This document shows positions 17,286 to 26,420 of a stretch of DNA of 64,000 bases, piece by piece. The notes below the pieces were generated by a model. That model had not been told where the DNA came from. It saw nothing but the letters and a program-made list of their open reading frames with translations, and made no database searches. How positions within the stretch are numbered: position 1 is the first letter of the stretch; each line of letters opens with the position of its first letter. A program made the translations under genes and the position numbers. Source of the stretch: Acidimicrobiia bacterium (GTDB lineage Bacteria > Actinomycetota > Acidimicrobiia > Spongiisociales > ZC4RG35); the NCBI GenBank assembly GCA_035525055.1, contig DATLEZ010000133.1, forward strand, positions 35,943 to 99,942, written 5' to 3'.

Positions 17286-18179
17286 TCAGTCCACGGCGCT
17301 GCCAAGAGCCCCGATGAGACGCCCGGCCTGGTCGACAACGGGAATCGGCCCGGGACCGCCGGCCAGTTCCGTATCGAAACTCTCGAGCAGCGAGTCCCAC
17401 GGGATCGAGATGGACGGTTCCATCAACTCCGAAATAGTCACATCCGGATCGGCCGCTTCCAGGACCGACCGTCGGACCACCCCCACCAGAACACCGTTGT
17501 CCACGACTGCAGTGAGAGCAGTGCTGTGCAGGAGCAAGCTATCGGCGGCGTGATGGAGCGGGCCGAAGAACACGGGTTCCGACATGCGTTGGAAAGCCCG
17601 CGGTGGGGCGTATCGAACCATCACTGCCCCGGCCGGGGCCTTGGCCCTGAGCCGGGCCCCGGGGCCGAAGAAAAGCCTCGACAGAAACGTACCTCCAGGC
17701 TCTCCGAGAATCAGGAGGGAACGCTCCGGAAGCTTTGCGATGAATTCGGTCGGATCGTCGGCCCCGATGACCAGTTTCTTGATCTCGGGCATCCTTGATG
17801 CCACTCGATCGAGGGTCTGGTGGGCCTCTGGCTCGGCGGCTTCGGCAAAGTAGGCAGTTGCCGCGATGGTCTCCACTCCGAGCCGACGGCCGATCGCCTC
17901 GGCTAGAGAAATGTTCAATTCCGAATGGGGCCCACCTGCCACAGCCGCCACCACAGCTTTGATCTCGGTCGGCTGGAAGTCGATCGGAACGGCCACACTG
18001 ACGAGGTCGAAACCTCCAGGGGGCTTGCGGGTGACCAACAAGTCAGCTCTCGATTCGAGGCACGCCTCGGCTAGATCACCTGCAACCCGCGTCGCGGAGG
18101 CGGAGAGAAGGTCTGCCAGTTCGGCGCAACCCTGACCTCTGGTGTAAAGCACCCTGGGGTCCCACAACCAATTCTTCAT
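17286..18179 (-). CDS. Hypothetical protein with C-terminal CBS-pair-like region
   Basis: The start is at 'MKNWLWDP'. The C-terminal 'TALTAVVDNGVLVGVVRRSVL ... IPVVDQAGRLIGAL' resembles a CBS pair. The N-terminal part may be USP-like (weak). Confidence 0.5.
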   Translation of the reverse strand: MKNWLWDPRVLYTRGQGCAELADLLSASATRVAGDLAEACLESRADLLVTRKPPGGFDLVSVAVPIDFQPTEIKAVVAAVAGGPHSELNISLAEAIGRRLGVETIAATAYFAEAAEPEAHQTLDRVASRMPEIKKLVIGADDPTEFIAKLPERSLLILGEPGGTFLSRLFFGPGARLRAKAPAGAVMVRYAPPRAFQRMSEPVFFGPLHHAADSLLLHSTALTAVVDNGVLVGVVRRSVLEAADPDVTISELMEPSISIPWDSLLESFDTELAGGPGPIPVVDQAGRLIGALGSAVD

Positions 18180-18281
18180 TGGTCGATCATCGTTGGGCAG
18201 TGTGCCACAGATCGAGACGCAAAGGCGACACCTCGACGCAGGCAACGCCAGGGGCTCGGCGGCGTGGCAGCATGCAGCCTG

Positions 18282-19388
18282 ATGGAAATCGGGATACCTG
18301 CCGAAAAGGGACCGGGCGAGCGGAGGGTGGCCGTCACTCCGATAGCCGTTGGACGCCTGGTCGAAAGCGGCAATACGGTTGTTCTGGAGGAAGGTGCCGG
18401 AGTCGCAGCCGGGTTTCCCGATTCGGGCTATCGCACCGCTGGCGCCGCGGTCGTCGATCGTCAGACTGCTCTGAGCCGCCCTCTCGTGACCGTGCTCGAC
18501 CTGCCCGCGGACCTACCCGGTGGAGGAATGACCATCGGCCTCCTGAAGCCGTTGGAACGCCCCAAGGACATGCAAAGACTGGCCGCCCAGGCGACCACGT
18601 CCTTGGCCTTCGAACTGGTGCCCCGGATCACAAGGGCCCAGGGGATGGATGCGCTGTCATCGCAGGCCACCGTTGCCGGCTATCAGGCCGCCCTGGAGGC
18701 CGCCGGCGCCGCGATCAGGTTTTTTCCGATGCTGACCACCGCAGCCGGAACTGTGCCCCCGGGCAAGGCCCTGGTCCTGGGTGCCGGTGTTGCGGGTCTT
18801 CAGGCAATTGCGACCTGCCGACGTCTGGGAGCCGTGGTCTCGGGCTTTGACGTTCGGGCAGCGGCGGCGGAGCAAGTTCGGAGCCTCGGCGCCACCTTCG
18901 TCGAGATCGATGTTGCGGCCCAGGACGAAGCCGCCAGCGGTGGCTACGCCCGCGAGCTTGACACCACCTCGGAACAGGCCGTTCTTGCCGGGCTCGCTCC
19001 TTTCGTCGCCGCCGCAGATGTGGTGATCTCGACGGCTTCGATACCCGGCCGCCCGGCCCCCCTGCTGATCACGGCCCACATGGTTGCTTCGATGCGTCCC
19101 GGATCGGTGGTAGTTGACCTGGCAGCTTCAACCGGAGGCAATTGTGAGCTGACCCGACCAGACGAGGTCGTCGTGGTCGACGGCGTGAGCATCGTCGGTC
19201 ACACGAACCTCCCAGCTCGCAAGCCGTACGACGCCAGTCAGATGTACGCCCGCAACGTCGCTGCGTTCCTCGGTTTGATCGGAGCCAACGGGGAACTCGA
19301 CTTCGGAGACGAAATCCTCGACCAGGCGTGTGTAACCCATTCGGGAGAGATTCGCATTCCGAGAGTCCGCGAACTGATCTCATCGTGA
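18282..19388 (+). CDS. pntA: NAD(P) transhydrogenase alpha subunit part 1 (dI, AlaDH/PNT fold)
   Basis: 'MEIGIPAEKGPGERRVA', 'SSQATVAGYQAAL' and the Rossmann motif 'VLGAGVAGLQAIATCRRLGA'. An alternative GTG start exists at 18264. Confidence 0.85.
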   Translation: MEIGIPAEKGPGERRVAVTPIAVGRLVESGNTVVLEEGAGVAAGFPDSGYRTAGAAVVDRQTALSRPLVTVLDLPADLPGGGMTIGLLKPLERPKDMQRLAAQATTSLAFELVPRITRAQGMDALSSQATVAGYQAALEAAGAAIRFFPMLTTAAGTVPPGKALVLGAGVAGLQAIATCRRLGAVVSGFDVRAAAAEQVRSLGATFVEIDVAAQDEAASGGYARELDTTSEQAVLAGLAPFVAAADVVISTASIPGRPAPLLITAHMVASMRPGSVVVDLAASTGGNCELTRPDEVVVVDGVSIVGHTNLPARKPYDASQMYARNVAAFLGLIGANGELDFGDEILDQACVTHSGEIRIPRVRELISS

Positions 19389-19756
19389 ATCGCCAGGAGA
19401 AATATGGCAGGCCGGACGACGGGGTCAAGTCGGTTCTGTTCGGCCTGGGAGTCTGCGGGGGACTGTTGTACATGTTCTTCTTCGCCACGGCCGGCAGCGT
19501 CCAGGTAGTTGTTCTCCTAGCCACGATCGCGATGCTGATCTGGTTCGGAACCGCCGACCCGGCTCGCATGGTCGACGCCAACTCGCGTCCACATTGGAGG
19601 CTGTTCCTCTTGGCCGGACTCGGCCTGGCGCTCTTGATTTCGGCGATGCTCGCCCTAAGCAGCGGCACGATGCTGTTGACCCTCGCGATCGGCCTCATCG
19701 CCATCACCATCGGTTTGTTCCGGGCGATTCGGCACGGAATCGACAGGGAGGCTTGA
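19385..19756 (+). CDS. Small polytopic membrane protein (not recognisably PntAB)
   Basis: GTGA overlap with the pntAA stop and ATGA overlap with the next gene. It has 3-4 hydrophobic segments. Confidence 0.45.
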   Translation: MNRQEKYGRPDDGVKSVLFGLGVCGGLLYMFFFATAGSVQVVVLLATIAMLIWFGTADPARMVDANSRPHWRLFLLAGLGLALLISAMLALSSGTMLLTLAIGLIAITIGLFRAIRHGIDREA

Positions 19757-20382
19757 TGGAGTACCAGGAGGTCCTGCGACGACGGAGGATGGTGCGGAAC
19801 TACTCAGGCGAACCGGTAAGCGCGGATGTCCTCGAACGCGTCGTGCAGGCGGCCCGCAAGGCACCATCGGCCGGCTTCACCCAGGGCACCGCCTTTCTCA
19901 TCATTACCGATCCATGGCTCCGCACCGCCATCGCCAACCTGTGCGACGAGCCGGAGTACGTGGCGGCGGGCTTTGACCCTTGGATCTCCAAAGCGCCCGC
20001 TCACATCGTCGTTTGCATCTCGGAGAACGCCTATCACGAGCGGTACCGGGAGCCCGACAAGGTCGACGGAGCCGGCAACGAGATCGAGTGGCCCGTACCG
20101 TTCTGGTGGATCGACGCCGGAGCAGCGCTGATGTTGGTCTTGTTGACCGCAGTGGACGAAGGCCTCGCCGCCGGATTCCTCGGGACCGACGCCGTCGACC
20201 TCCAGCGCCTGCTCGAAATCCCAGCGGCGATGGTCCCCATCGGGATCGTGACGGTTGGGCATCCGGCTCCCGACCGTCGCTCCAACTCGCTCAAACGCGG
20301 CTGGCGCCCCGACGATCAGGTGGTCCACTGGCAGAAATGGGGCAGCGGTCCCCCGGGTGATGGTGTAACAAACCCCCTCTAG
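19756..20382 (+). CDS. Nitroreductase-family flavoprotein
   Basis: 'RRRRMVRNYSGEPVSADVLERVVQAARKAPSAGFTQG', typical of the nitroreductase fold. This is an internal ATG of the 19594 ORF. Confidence 0.8.
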   Translation: MEYQEVLRRRRMVRNYSGEPVSADVLERVVQAARKAPSAGFTQGTAFLIITDPWLRTAIANLCDEPEYVAAGFDPWISKAPAHIVVCISENAYHERYREPDKVDGAGNEIEWPVPFWWIDAGAALMLVLLTAVDEGLAAGFLGTDAVDLQRLLEIPAAMVPIGIVTVGHPAPDRRSNSLKRGWRPDDQVVHWQKWGSGPPGDGVTNPL

Positions 20383-20400
20383 AAACGACTTTCAAACCGA

Positions 20401-21090
20401 ATGGACAGTCGACGAGATACCGAGAGCCGAGCCATCGAGGACCTTCGTGACTACGGACGGTCCCTGGTCGAAGGCGTGCCAGTCGTACAGGCAGAGATGG
20501 CTGTCGGGCGGGTATTGGCCTCCCGGCACCAGAGTCAACGACCCCGTCGGCTGGTTCTGATGTTGGCTTCCGCGGGCCTACTGGCGGTTTCCAATGTCGC
20601 CCTGGCCGCAGTTTCGGATGCCGCGGCTCCCGGTGATTTTCTCTACCCGCTTGACCGTGGCTACGAAAGGGTGAGCGATCTCTTCGGGGATACCGACCGC
20701 ACGATTGAACGGCTGGCGGAATCGGAGACTCTGGTCCAACGAGGCGACATCGATCATGCCATCGCCTTCCTCCGCGAACTCGCCACCGAGTCGTCCAACG
20801 AGGCCCTGCTGGCCGCCATACAAAAACTCGAAGCCAGAGGCGAACAGGGGCAGGGGAACCAGAACGATCAGGGTCCAGCCACACCGGCGACAACCGCCCC
20901 CGGCCAGCTGAAGGATGGCGGGAGCAGCGATCCACCTGCCAGCCCTTCGGAGACTGCACCGGGACGGATTCAAGGCGACGACGCGGACGATTCGCCCAGC
21001 GATACGGCACCGGGCCGGAACAAGGACGCCCCGACGAAATCCAACGGCGCACTGAACGGGAACGACAGCAGGGGCAACGACCGCGCGTAG
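20401..21090 (+). CDS. Single-pass membrane protein, DUF5667-like (anti-sigma candidate)
   Basis: TM 'LVLMLASAGLLAVSNVALAAV' followed by 'PGDFLYPLDRGYE' and a P/T/D-rich tail. It sits directly upstream of an ECF sigma gene. Confidence 0.5.
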   Translation: MDSRRDTESRAIEDLRDYGRSLVEGVPVVQAEMAVGRVLASRHQSQRPRRLVLMLASAGLLAVSNVALAAVSDAAAPGDFLYPLDRGYERVSDLFGDTDRTIERLAESETLVQRGDIDHAIAFLRELATESSNEALLAAIQKLEARGEQGQGNQNDQGPATPATTAPGQLKDGGSSDPPASPSETAPGRIQGDDADDSPSDTAPGRNKDAPTKSNGALNGNDSRGNDRA

Positions 21091-21099
21091 TCTCTGACA

Positions 21100-21669
21100 A
21101 TGCAATCTGGGTCAGGTGACCGCCGCCCTGGCTACGAACATAGCGAGTGGCCCCCCGCTATCGCAGTCATCAGACTCGCCATCACAGGCGAGGATCGGTC
21201 ACTCTCTGAGATCCTGCGGGGTGGATATCCGCGCCTGGTGGGCTTCTATCTCGGTGTGGGCCTCGGTCGCCACGAAGCCGAAGAGCTTTCGGCGGAAACT
21301 TGCGAGGCGGTAGTCACACGCATCGATGGCCTCCGGGCTCCCGAAGCATTCGAAGCGTGGTTCTGGTCGATCGCCCGGAATCGGCTCCGCACGCTGTTTC
21401 GGCGGCGTCGAGCCGCCAAGCCGACGGACGCAATGGTCTCCCCAGCGACTCCAGAGGAGATCTCGATGCAGGGAGACGAGCACCGCCGAATCCGTATCGC
21501 ACTTGAACATCTGTCGCCCAAGGACCGCGAGTTGTTGTGGCTTCGTGAAGTGGAGGGACTCGAATATGACGACATCGCCCGCCGGCTCGGCGCCACCCCC
21601 GGCACCGTTCGGGTCGCCTGCCACCGTGCGCGGCGCCGCCTTGAAGCGGCCTACCTTGCTGACGAATGA
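21100..21669 (+). CDS. ECF-type sigma-70 family factor
   Basis: Region 2 'AEELSAETCEAVV...FEAWFWSIARNRL' and region 4 'LSPKDRELLWLREVEGLEYDDIARRLGATPGTVRVACHRARRRL'. Confidence 0.8.
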   Translation: MQSGSGDRRPGYEHSEWPPAIAVIRLAITGEDRSLSEILRGGYPRLVGFYLGVGLGRHEAEELSAETCEAVVTRIDGLRAPEAFEAWFWSIARNRLRTLFRRRRAAKPTDAMVSPATPEEISMQGDEHRRIRIALEHLSPKDRELLWLREVEGLEYDDIARRLGATPGTVRVACHRARRRLEAAYLADE

Positions 21670-22493
21670 TCACGTCAGCCAGTAACCGCGAAGTGAGGTC
21701 GGTCGCTGCGCTACATAGGCGAGCCGAGCGAGAAGCGACCGGTCTGTTCTTGATCGAAGGGCGGCCGGAGGTCGAACGAGCAGTAGCCGCTGGGGTTGAG
21801 ATCGCCGCGGTGTACCGATTGAGCGGCTCGGATCCTTTGATCCTGCCGGGAAACCCGCGCTCGGTGGAACTGGGCGACACGGCTTTTCACAAACTCGCCT
21901 ACGGGCGGGACGGGATCGTGGCGACCGCCAGGACCCCGGCGTTTGCCATCGACGATCTGATCCTCGTCGAGCCAGCCCTGGTTCTGGTGGTCGAGTCGAT
22001 AGAGAAGCCCGGCAATCTAGGCGCCATCCTCCGGTCGGCCGACGCGGCCGGAGCTTCGATGATCGTCGCCGATCCCGTGACCGACATGGTGAACCCAAAC
22101 GTCGTCAGGGCTTCAGTCGGGTCGCTCTTTGCCGTGCCCCTGGCCGTGGCCACAACCGACGAGGCGATCGCATTCCTCAAGAAACGCACGATTGCCATCT
22201 TTCCTGCAATGGTCGGTTCTGGTCGAGCTCCGTGGGATCTCGATCTCACCGGCCCGCTCGCGATCATCATCGGGAACGAGCACACCGGCCTGTCACTTTC
22301 CTGGAGCCAGGCCGCAGATAACGAGGTAACCCTGCCAATGGCAGGGAGCGCCGACTCACTCAACGCGTCAATTACGGCCGCCGTGATGTTGTTTGAGACC
22401 GTCCGACAACGTTCCTCGGCCCCGCGCAAGATCTGGGAAGCGAAAGAGTTGAATCCAGGGTTCCTGCGAGGTCGCGCAGCGCACGACCTGTGA
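21666..22493 (+). CDS. SpoU/TrmH-family RNA 2'-O-methyltransferase
   Basis: 'FLIEGRPEV', 'IEKPGNLGAILRSADAAG', 'IIIGNEHTGLS' and 'LPMAGSADSLNASITAAVMLFE' motifs. ATGA overlap with the sigma gene. Confidence 0.85.
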   Translation: MITSASNREVRSVAALHRRAEREATGLFLIEGRPEVERAVAAGVEIAAVYRLSGSDPLILPGNPRSVELGDTAFHKLAYGRDGIVATARTPAFAIDDLILVEPALVLVVESIEKPGNLGAILRSADAAGASMIVADPVTDMVNPNVVRASVGSLFAVPLAVATTDEAIAFLKKRTIAIFPAMVGSGRAPWDLDLTGPLAIIIGNEHTGLSLSWSQAADNEVTLPMAGSADSLNASITAAVMLFETVRQRSSAPRKIWEAKELNPGFLRGRAAHDL

Positions 22494-22584
22494 TGCATCC
22501 CGCCGTCCCTGGCTCACAAGAAAGGACGCCCGCGATGGCGATTTGTTACCGATGTTCTCTATATGCGTGCGCGTAGTCCGCTGC

Positions 22585-22614
22585 TTGACATCGAACATAT
22601 GTTCGACTTATCGT
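22585..22614 (+). promoter_or_regulatory. Promoter (-35 TTGACA, -10 TATCGT) with an embedded perfect LexA/SOS-type palindrome TCGAACATATGTTCGA
   Basis: TTGACA is at 22585-22590, the palindrome at 22591-22606 and TATCGT at 22609-22614. The ATG at 22622 is 7 nt past the -10, which implies a leaderless mRNA. Confidence 0.75.
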
Positions 22615-22621
22615 CCGGTCT

Positions 22622-24274
22622 ATGGCTGTCGTCGGTCAAATTGCATTTGACGACCTCGGAGTGCCGCTGCACGCCGTGACTTTCTGCGTGCTCGATCTCG
22701 AAACGACCGGAGCCTCCGCCAACACATGCGAGATCACCGAGATCGGAGCGGTCAAGTACCTGGGGGGCGAGGTCGTCGGGACCTTCCAGACGCTGGTGAA
22801 TCCCGGCACCGGCATTCCGCCGTTCATAACAATCCTGACCGGGATCACCGAAGCAATGGTGTGCGAGGCACCCCGGATCCAGGCCGTACTTCCCTCGTTC
22901 CTCGAGTTCTGCCACGACGCCGTCCTGGTTGGGCACAACATTCGATTCGACCTTTCGTTTCTCGACGCCGCCGCTCGCCGCCTCGACTATCCGCTGGCTG
23001 GGACCGAGCCGTTGTCGCGGCGAGTGGTTGACACAGTGGGATTGGCCCGCAGGTTGATCCGGTCAGAGGTGCGCGATCTCACCCTGGCCACGCTCGCCGT
23101 CCACCTCAGGTCGCCTTTCCCCCCAACTCACCGCGCACTTGACGATGCCAGGGCGACGGCTCATGTCTTTCACACTCTGCTGGAGCGAGCGGGCTCGCTC
23201 GGGGTGACCGGCCTCGACGACCTTCTACAACTGCCGACGGCTCGGGGCTCGGCCTACTACACCAAGATCGGGCTGACCGACGGTCTCCCCCGTCGACCCG
23301 GGGTCTACCTGTTTTCGGATCGAGCGGGAGAGATCATCTACGTCGGCAAGGCCGACAATCTCCGCACCAGGGTGCGCAGCTATTTCTATGGCGACGATCG
23401 CCGGCGTATCGCCGACATGCTCCGCCAGCTCCATCACATCGACCACCGGGTGTGCGTGAACACGCTCGACGCCGAAGTGACCGAGCTGCGGCTCATCCAC
23501 GCTCACCGGCCCCGCTTCAACCAGCGGTCGCGTCCACCGCGCCGCGAGCTGTTTGTGAAAGTCACCGACGAAACGTTCCCCCGGCTCAGCCAGGCGCATC
23601 GCGCCTCCAGCCCAGGGCTGTGGTGGCTCGGGCCATTTCGATCCAAGCACGCCGCCGACGAGGTGACAGAGGCGCTGTGGGGGGCCACGAAGATTCGTCG
23701 CTGCACAGGTCGGCCGGGCAGCAGAGCGGGCGAATGTGCCCCGGCCCAGCTCGGCGTTTCCACCTGCCCTTGCGCCGGTGGAATCGACGCAGGCGACTAT
23801 CGACGCATGATCGACGGGATCATCATGTTGGCCGACCGTTCCCCGGCCAGCCTCCTCGAGCCCCTCGAGGTCCAGATGCGCCGACTGGCCGCTGAGCAGC
23901 GTTTTGAGGAGGCAGCCCAGATGCGTGATCGTCATCGGGCCCTTGCTCGAGCCCTGGAACGGCAGCGAGCCTGGCGTGCGCTTTCCGAAGCCGGTCGGAT
24001 CGCACTGGAGAGCCTGGCCGGCGACCGGATCGTCGTCGAACAGGGATTGCTGACGGCGGCCTTTGGCCACGATCAACCGCCGTCACTCCTGGATCCGTTA
24101 TTCGTGCCGGGAGATCCCCTTCCTCCTCCAAGCCCGGTTCCGCCCTCGGTGGCGATTGCCGAGGAAGCCCACTTGATCTGGCGATGGATGACTTCGGGCG
24201 ATGTCAAAGTGCTCGACTCCACCGGGCCGTTGACTCTGCCGTCGAGTCCGATCCCACATCTGCGGGCCGCCTGA
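22622..24274 (+). CDS. DEDDh 3'-5' exonuclease (DnaQ-like) fused to a GIY-YIG (UvrC/Cho-like) nuclease domain
   Basis: Exo motifs 'FCVLDLETTG', 'LVGHNIRFDLSFL' and 'HRALDDARATAHV', then 'PGVYLFSDRAGEIIYVGKADNLRTRVRSYF'. Confidence 0.85.
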   Translation: MAVVGQIAFDDLGVPLHAVTFCVLDLETTGASANTCEITEIGAVKYLGGEVVGTFQTLVNPGTGIPPFITILTGITEAMVCEAPRIQAVLPSFLEFCHDAVLVGHNIRFDLSFLDAAARRLDYPLAGTEPLSRRVVDTVGLARRLIRSEVRDLTLATLAVHLRSPFPPTHRALDDARATAHVFHTLLERAGSLGVTGLDDLLQLPTARGSAYYTKIGLTDGLPRRPGVYLFSDRAGEIIYVGKADNLRTRVRSYFYGDDRRRIADMLRQLHHIDHRVCVNTLDAEVTELRLIHAHRPRFNQRSRPPRRELFVKVTDETFPRLSQAHRASSPGLWWLGPFRSKHAADEVTEALWGATKIRRCTGRPGSRAGECAPAQLGVSTCPCAGGIDAGDYRRMIDGIIMLADRSPASLLEPLEVQMRRLAAEQRFEEAAQMRDRHRALARALERQRAWRALSEAGRIALESLAGDRIVVEQGLLTAAFGHDQPPSLLDPLFVPGDPLPPPSPVPPSVAIAEEAHLIWRWMTSGDVKVLDSTGPLTLPSSPIPHLRAA

Positions 24275-24317
24275 CCTCCCTACCATCGCCCAGAGAGCCA
24301 GCTGAGGTGATTCGGGG

Positions 24318-26387
24318 ATGAGATTCGTCGTGAGGAAGGGCACCGACCCTGTTGCTCGCGCCGACACCACGATCCTCAAGGCCCTGGGTCTGCCGTTCGG
24401 AGGTGTTCTCAAAGTAGGGCGTACCCACTTCCTCGTGCAGGGAGGCGACACCCCCGAATCGACCGCCCTCGAACTCGGGCCTATCACCCTGGCCAACGCC
24501 CAGACGAGCGAAGGGCAATCAATTGACGCGGTCCGGGCCGTCCTCGGTCCGGCCGAGGTGGTTGTCATCGACGTTGAAAACCTCGAGGTCGACCCCAAGC
24601 TTCTGGTCCGGGGCCTCCAGGGTCGCCCCATGTCGAACGGCGACCGGGTCGAAGTGGCCGGCTCCTACCTTTCCCGCCCGGAACCGTTCGCTTTTGCGGT
24701 CAACCAGGTCGACCCGGCGGGCGCCGGCCTGATCGGAGCCGGCACTCGATTTGTCTCGAGGAGCGAAGAGTCGACTTCGAGCCTCAAGCCCGAAGCCTCA
24801 AGCCCCAAGCCCCAAGCCTCAAGCCTCAAGCCAGAGACGTCGCGATCCGAACCGGATGTACCAGCTGGCCCCACAACTGCCCAGGCCCTCCTCGCCGGCC
24901 TCGACGCCGAGCAGGACCTGCTTACCGGCTGGCTATCGCTTCTGACCTCGCCCGACAACCTCCCGGCCACCTGGGGGCTTCCGAGAGTCGCGGGTGTCCT
25001 GCTGGAGGGACCTCATGGCTGCGGGAAGTCCGAACTCGTTGCGGCCTCGGCGGCCGAGTCCGGTGCGCGGGTCCACGAAGTCCTGGTCGACCAGGTCTTC
25101 AAGCCGGACCGTCTCCTCGATTTGCTCGAAGCCGCGGTGAAGTCGAGCAGTGGACCAACCGTCATCTTCGTTGACCGGCTCGAAGCCGTCGCCGGCGAGG
25201 AAGGGCTGGCGCCTTTCAAGACTCAGGTCGGCGCGGTGCTCCGCTGGTTTCTCGATGCAGTTTCGGAGAAGATCGGCCTGGCGTGCGTGCTGGGCGTAAC
25301 CTCCCGATCCAACCTCGACCCGGCGCTAGCCCAGAGCCCCCTGCTCCCCCGATCACTCTCGATTCCGCCTCCCGACCTGAACCGTCGACGGCTTCTGTTC
25401 GAAGCCGCCCTGACCCTGGTCCCCACCGAAGAAATCGACTACGACCTTCTAGCCGCTCGATCGGCGGGCTTCAGCGGGGCCGACGTCGTTGCCTCGGTCA
25501 TACACGCCTCGACCCGGCTCGCCCGATCGGCCCGTTCGGGTCACCCCGGAAAGCTGACCACCGAAGACATCATGGAAGCCGTGAAGGAGACAACGCCGTC
25601 GCTGGGCTCGATCTCACTCGGGGAGATGCCCAACTATGGCTTCGACAGGGTCGCCAACCTCAACGAAGTGAAGCAGCGGCTGATCGAAGCCGTTGTGTGG
25701 CCAGTCACCGAGCCTGATCGCTTCAAGTCGATGGGGATCGACCCGCCACGCGGCATCCTTCTATACGGACCGCCCGGGACCGGCAAGACATTCGTAATCC
25801 GCGCCCTGGCCCACGAAGCTGGTGCCGCCTTCTTTCCCGTCAAGGGCGCCGAGTTGTTGGACAAGTACGTGGGTGAGTCGGAGCGCGGTGTCCGGGAGGT
25901 GTTCGCGCGTGCCAGGGCGGCCGCCCCGTCGATCATCTTCTTCGACGAGATCGACGCACTCGCACCGGTCAGGGGTCGCTCCACCACCAACGTCACCGAC
26001 TCCGTCGTAGCTGCCCTTCTGACCGAGATGGACGGCATCACCGATCGGGGCAACGTAGCAGTGATCGGAGCGACCAACCGGGCCGACCTCATCGATCCGG
26101 CTTTGCTTCGGGCCGGGCGATTCGAAACTCAGATCGAGCTCGGCCTTCCCGATCCCAAGGCCCGCCGGGCACTGATCGACCTGTCCGATGTGCCTTTTGC
26201 CCCCGAGGTCGACAAGGAGAAACTGGCGGACGTCACCGAAGGCATGTCGATGGCCGATCTCTCCGGGGTGCTCCGCGAGGCGGCCCTGGCGGCCTTGCGA
26301 GCGGACCGCAACGCCAAGCAGGTGAGCTGGGAGCACTTGATTGGGGCCATCGAGCGCTGGCAACGAAGCCAGGCCGCGGCCTCATAA
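24318..26387 (+). CDS. Cdc48/p97-like double-AAA ATPase (Cpa-like)
   Basis: N-domain, degenerate D1 ('LLEGPHGCGKSEL') and canonical D2 ('LLYGPPGTGKTF...IIFFDEIDALAP...ATNRADLIDPALLRAGRF'). A low-complexity insert 'SLKPEASSPKPQASSLKPE' is encoded by tandem repeats at 24780-24835. Confidence 0.85.
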   Translation: MRFVVRKGTDPVARADTTILKALGLPFGGVLKVGRTHFLVQGGDTPESTALELGPITLANAQTSEGQSIDAVRAVLGPAEVVVIDVENLEVDPKLLVRGLQGRPMSNGDRVEVAGSYLSRPEPFAFAVNQVDPAGAGLIGAGTRFVSRSEESTSSLKPEASSPKPQASSLKPETSRSEPDVPAGPTTAQALLAGLDAEQDLLTGWLSLLTSPDNLPATWGLPRVAGVLLEGPHGCGKSELVAASAAESGARVHEVLVDQVFKPDRLLDLLEAAVKSSSGPTVIFVDRLEAVAGEEGLAPFKTQVGAVLRWFLDAVSEKIGLACVLGVTSRSNLDPALAQSPLLPRSLSIPPPDLNRRRLLFEAALTLVPTEEIDYDLLAARSAGFSGADVVASVIHASTRLARSARSGHPGKLTTEDIMEAVKETTPSLGSISLGEMPNYGFDRVANLNEVKQRLIEAVVWPVTEPDRFKSMGIDPPRGILLYGPPGTGKTFVIRALAHEAGAAFFPVKGAELLDKYVGESERGVREVFARARAAAPSIIFFDEIDALAPVRGRSTTNVTDSVVAALLTEMDGITDRGNVAVIGATNRADLIDPALLRAGRFETQIELGLPDPKARRALIDLSDVPFAPEVDKEKLADVTEGMSMADLSGVLREAALAALRADRNAKQVSWEHLIGAIERWQRSQAAAS

Positions 26388-26420
26388 TCATCTATTCATA
26401 GACCCCCCAAGTAAATCTGA

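Noticed and set aside
19385-19756. Calling the small membrane protein after pntAA 'PntAB'.
   Set aside because: It has no resemblance by eye to the conserved PntAB helices, and no pntB follows. I left it as hypothetical.
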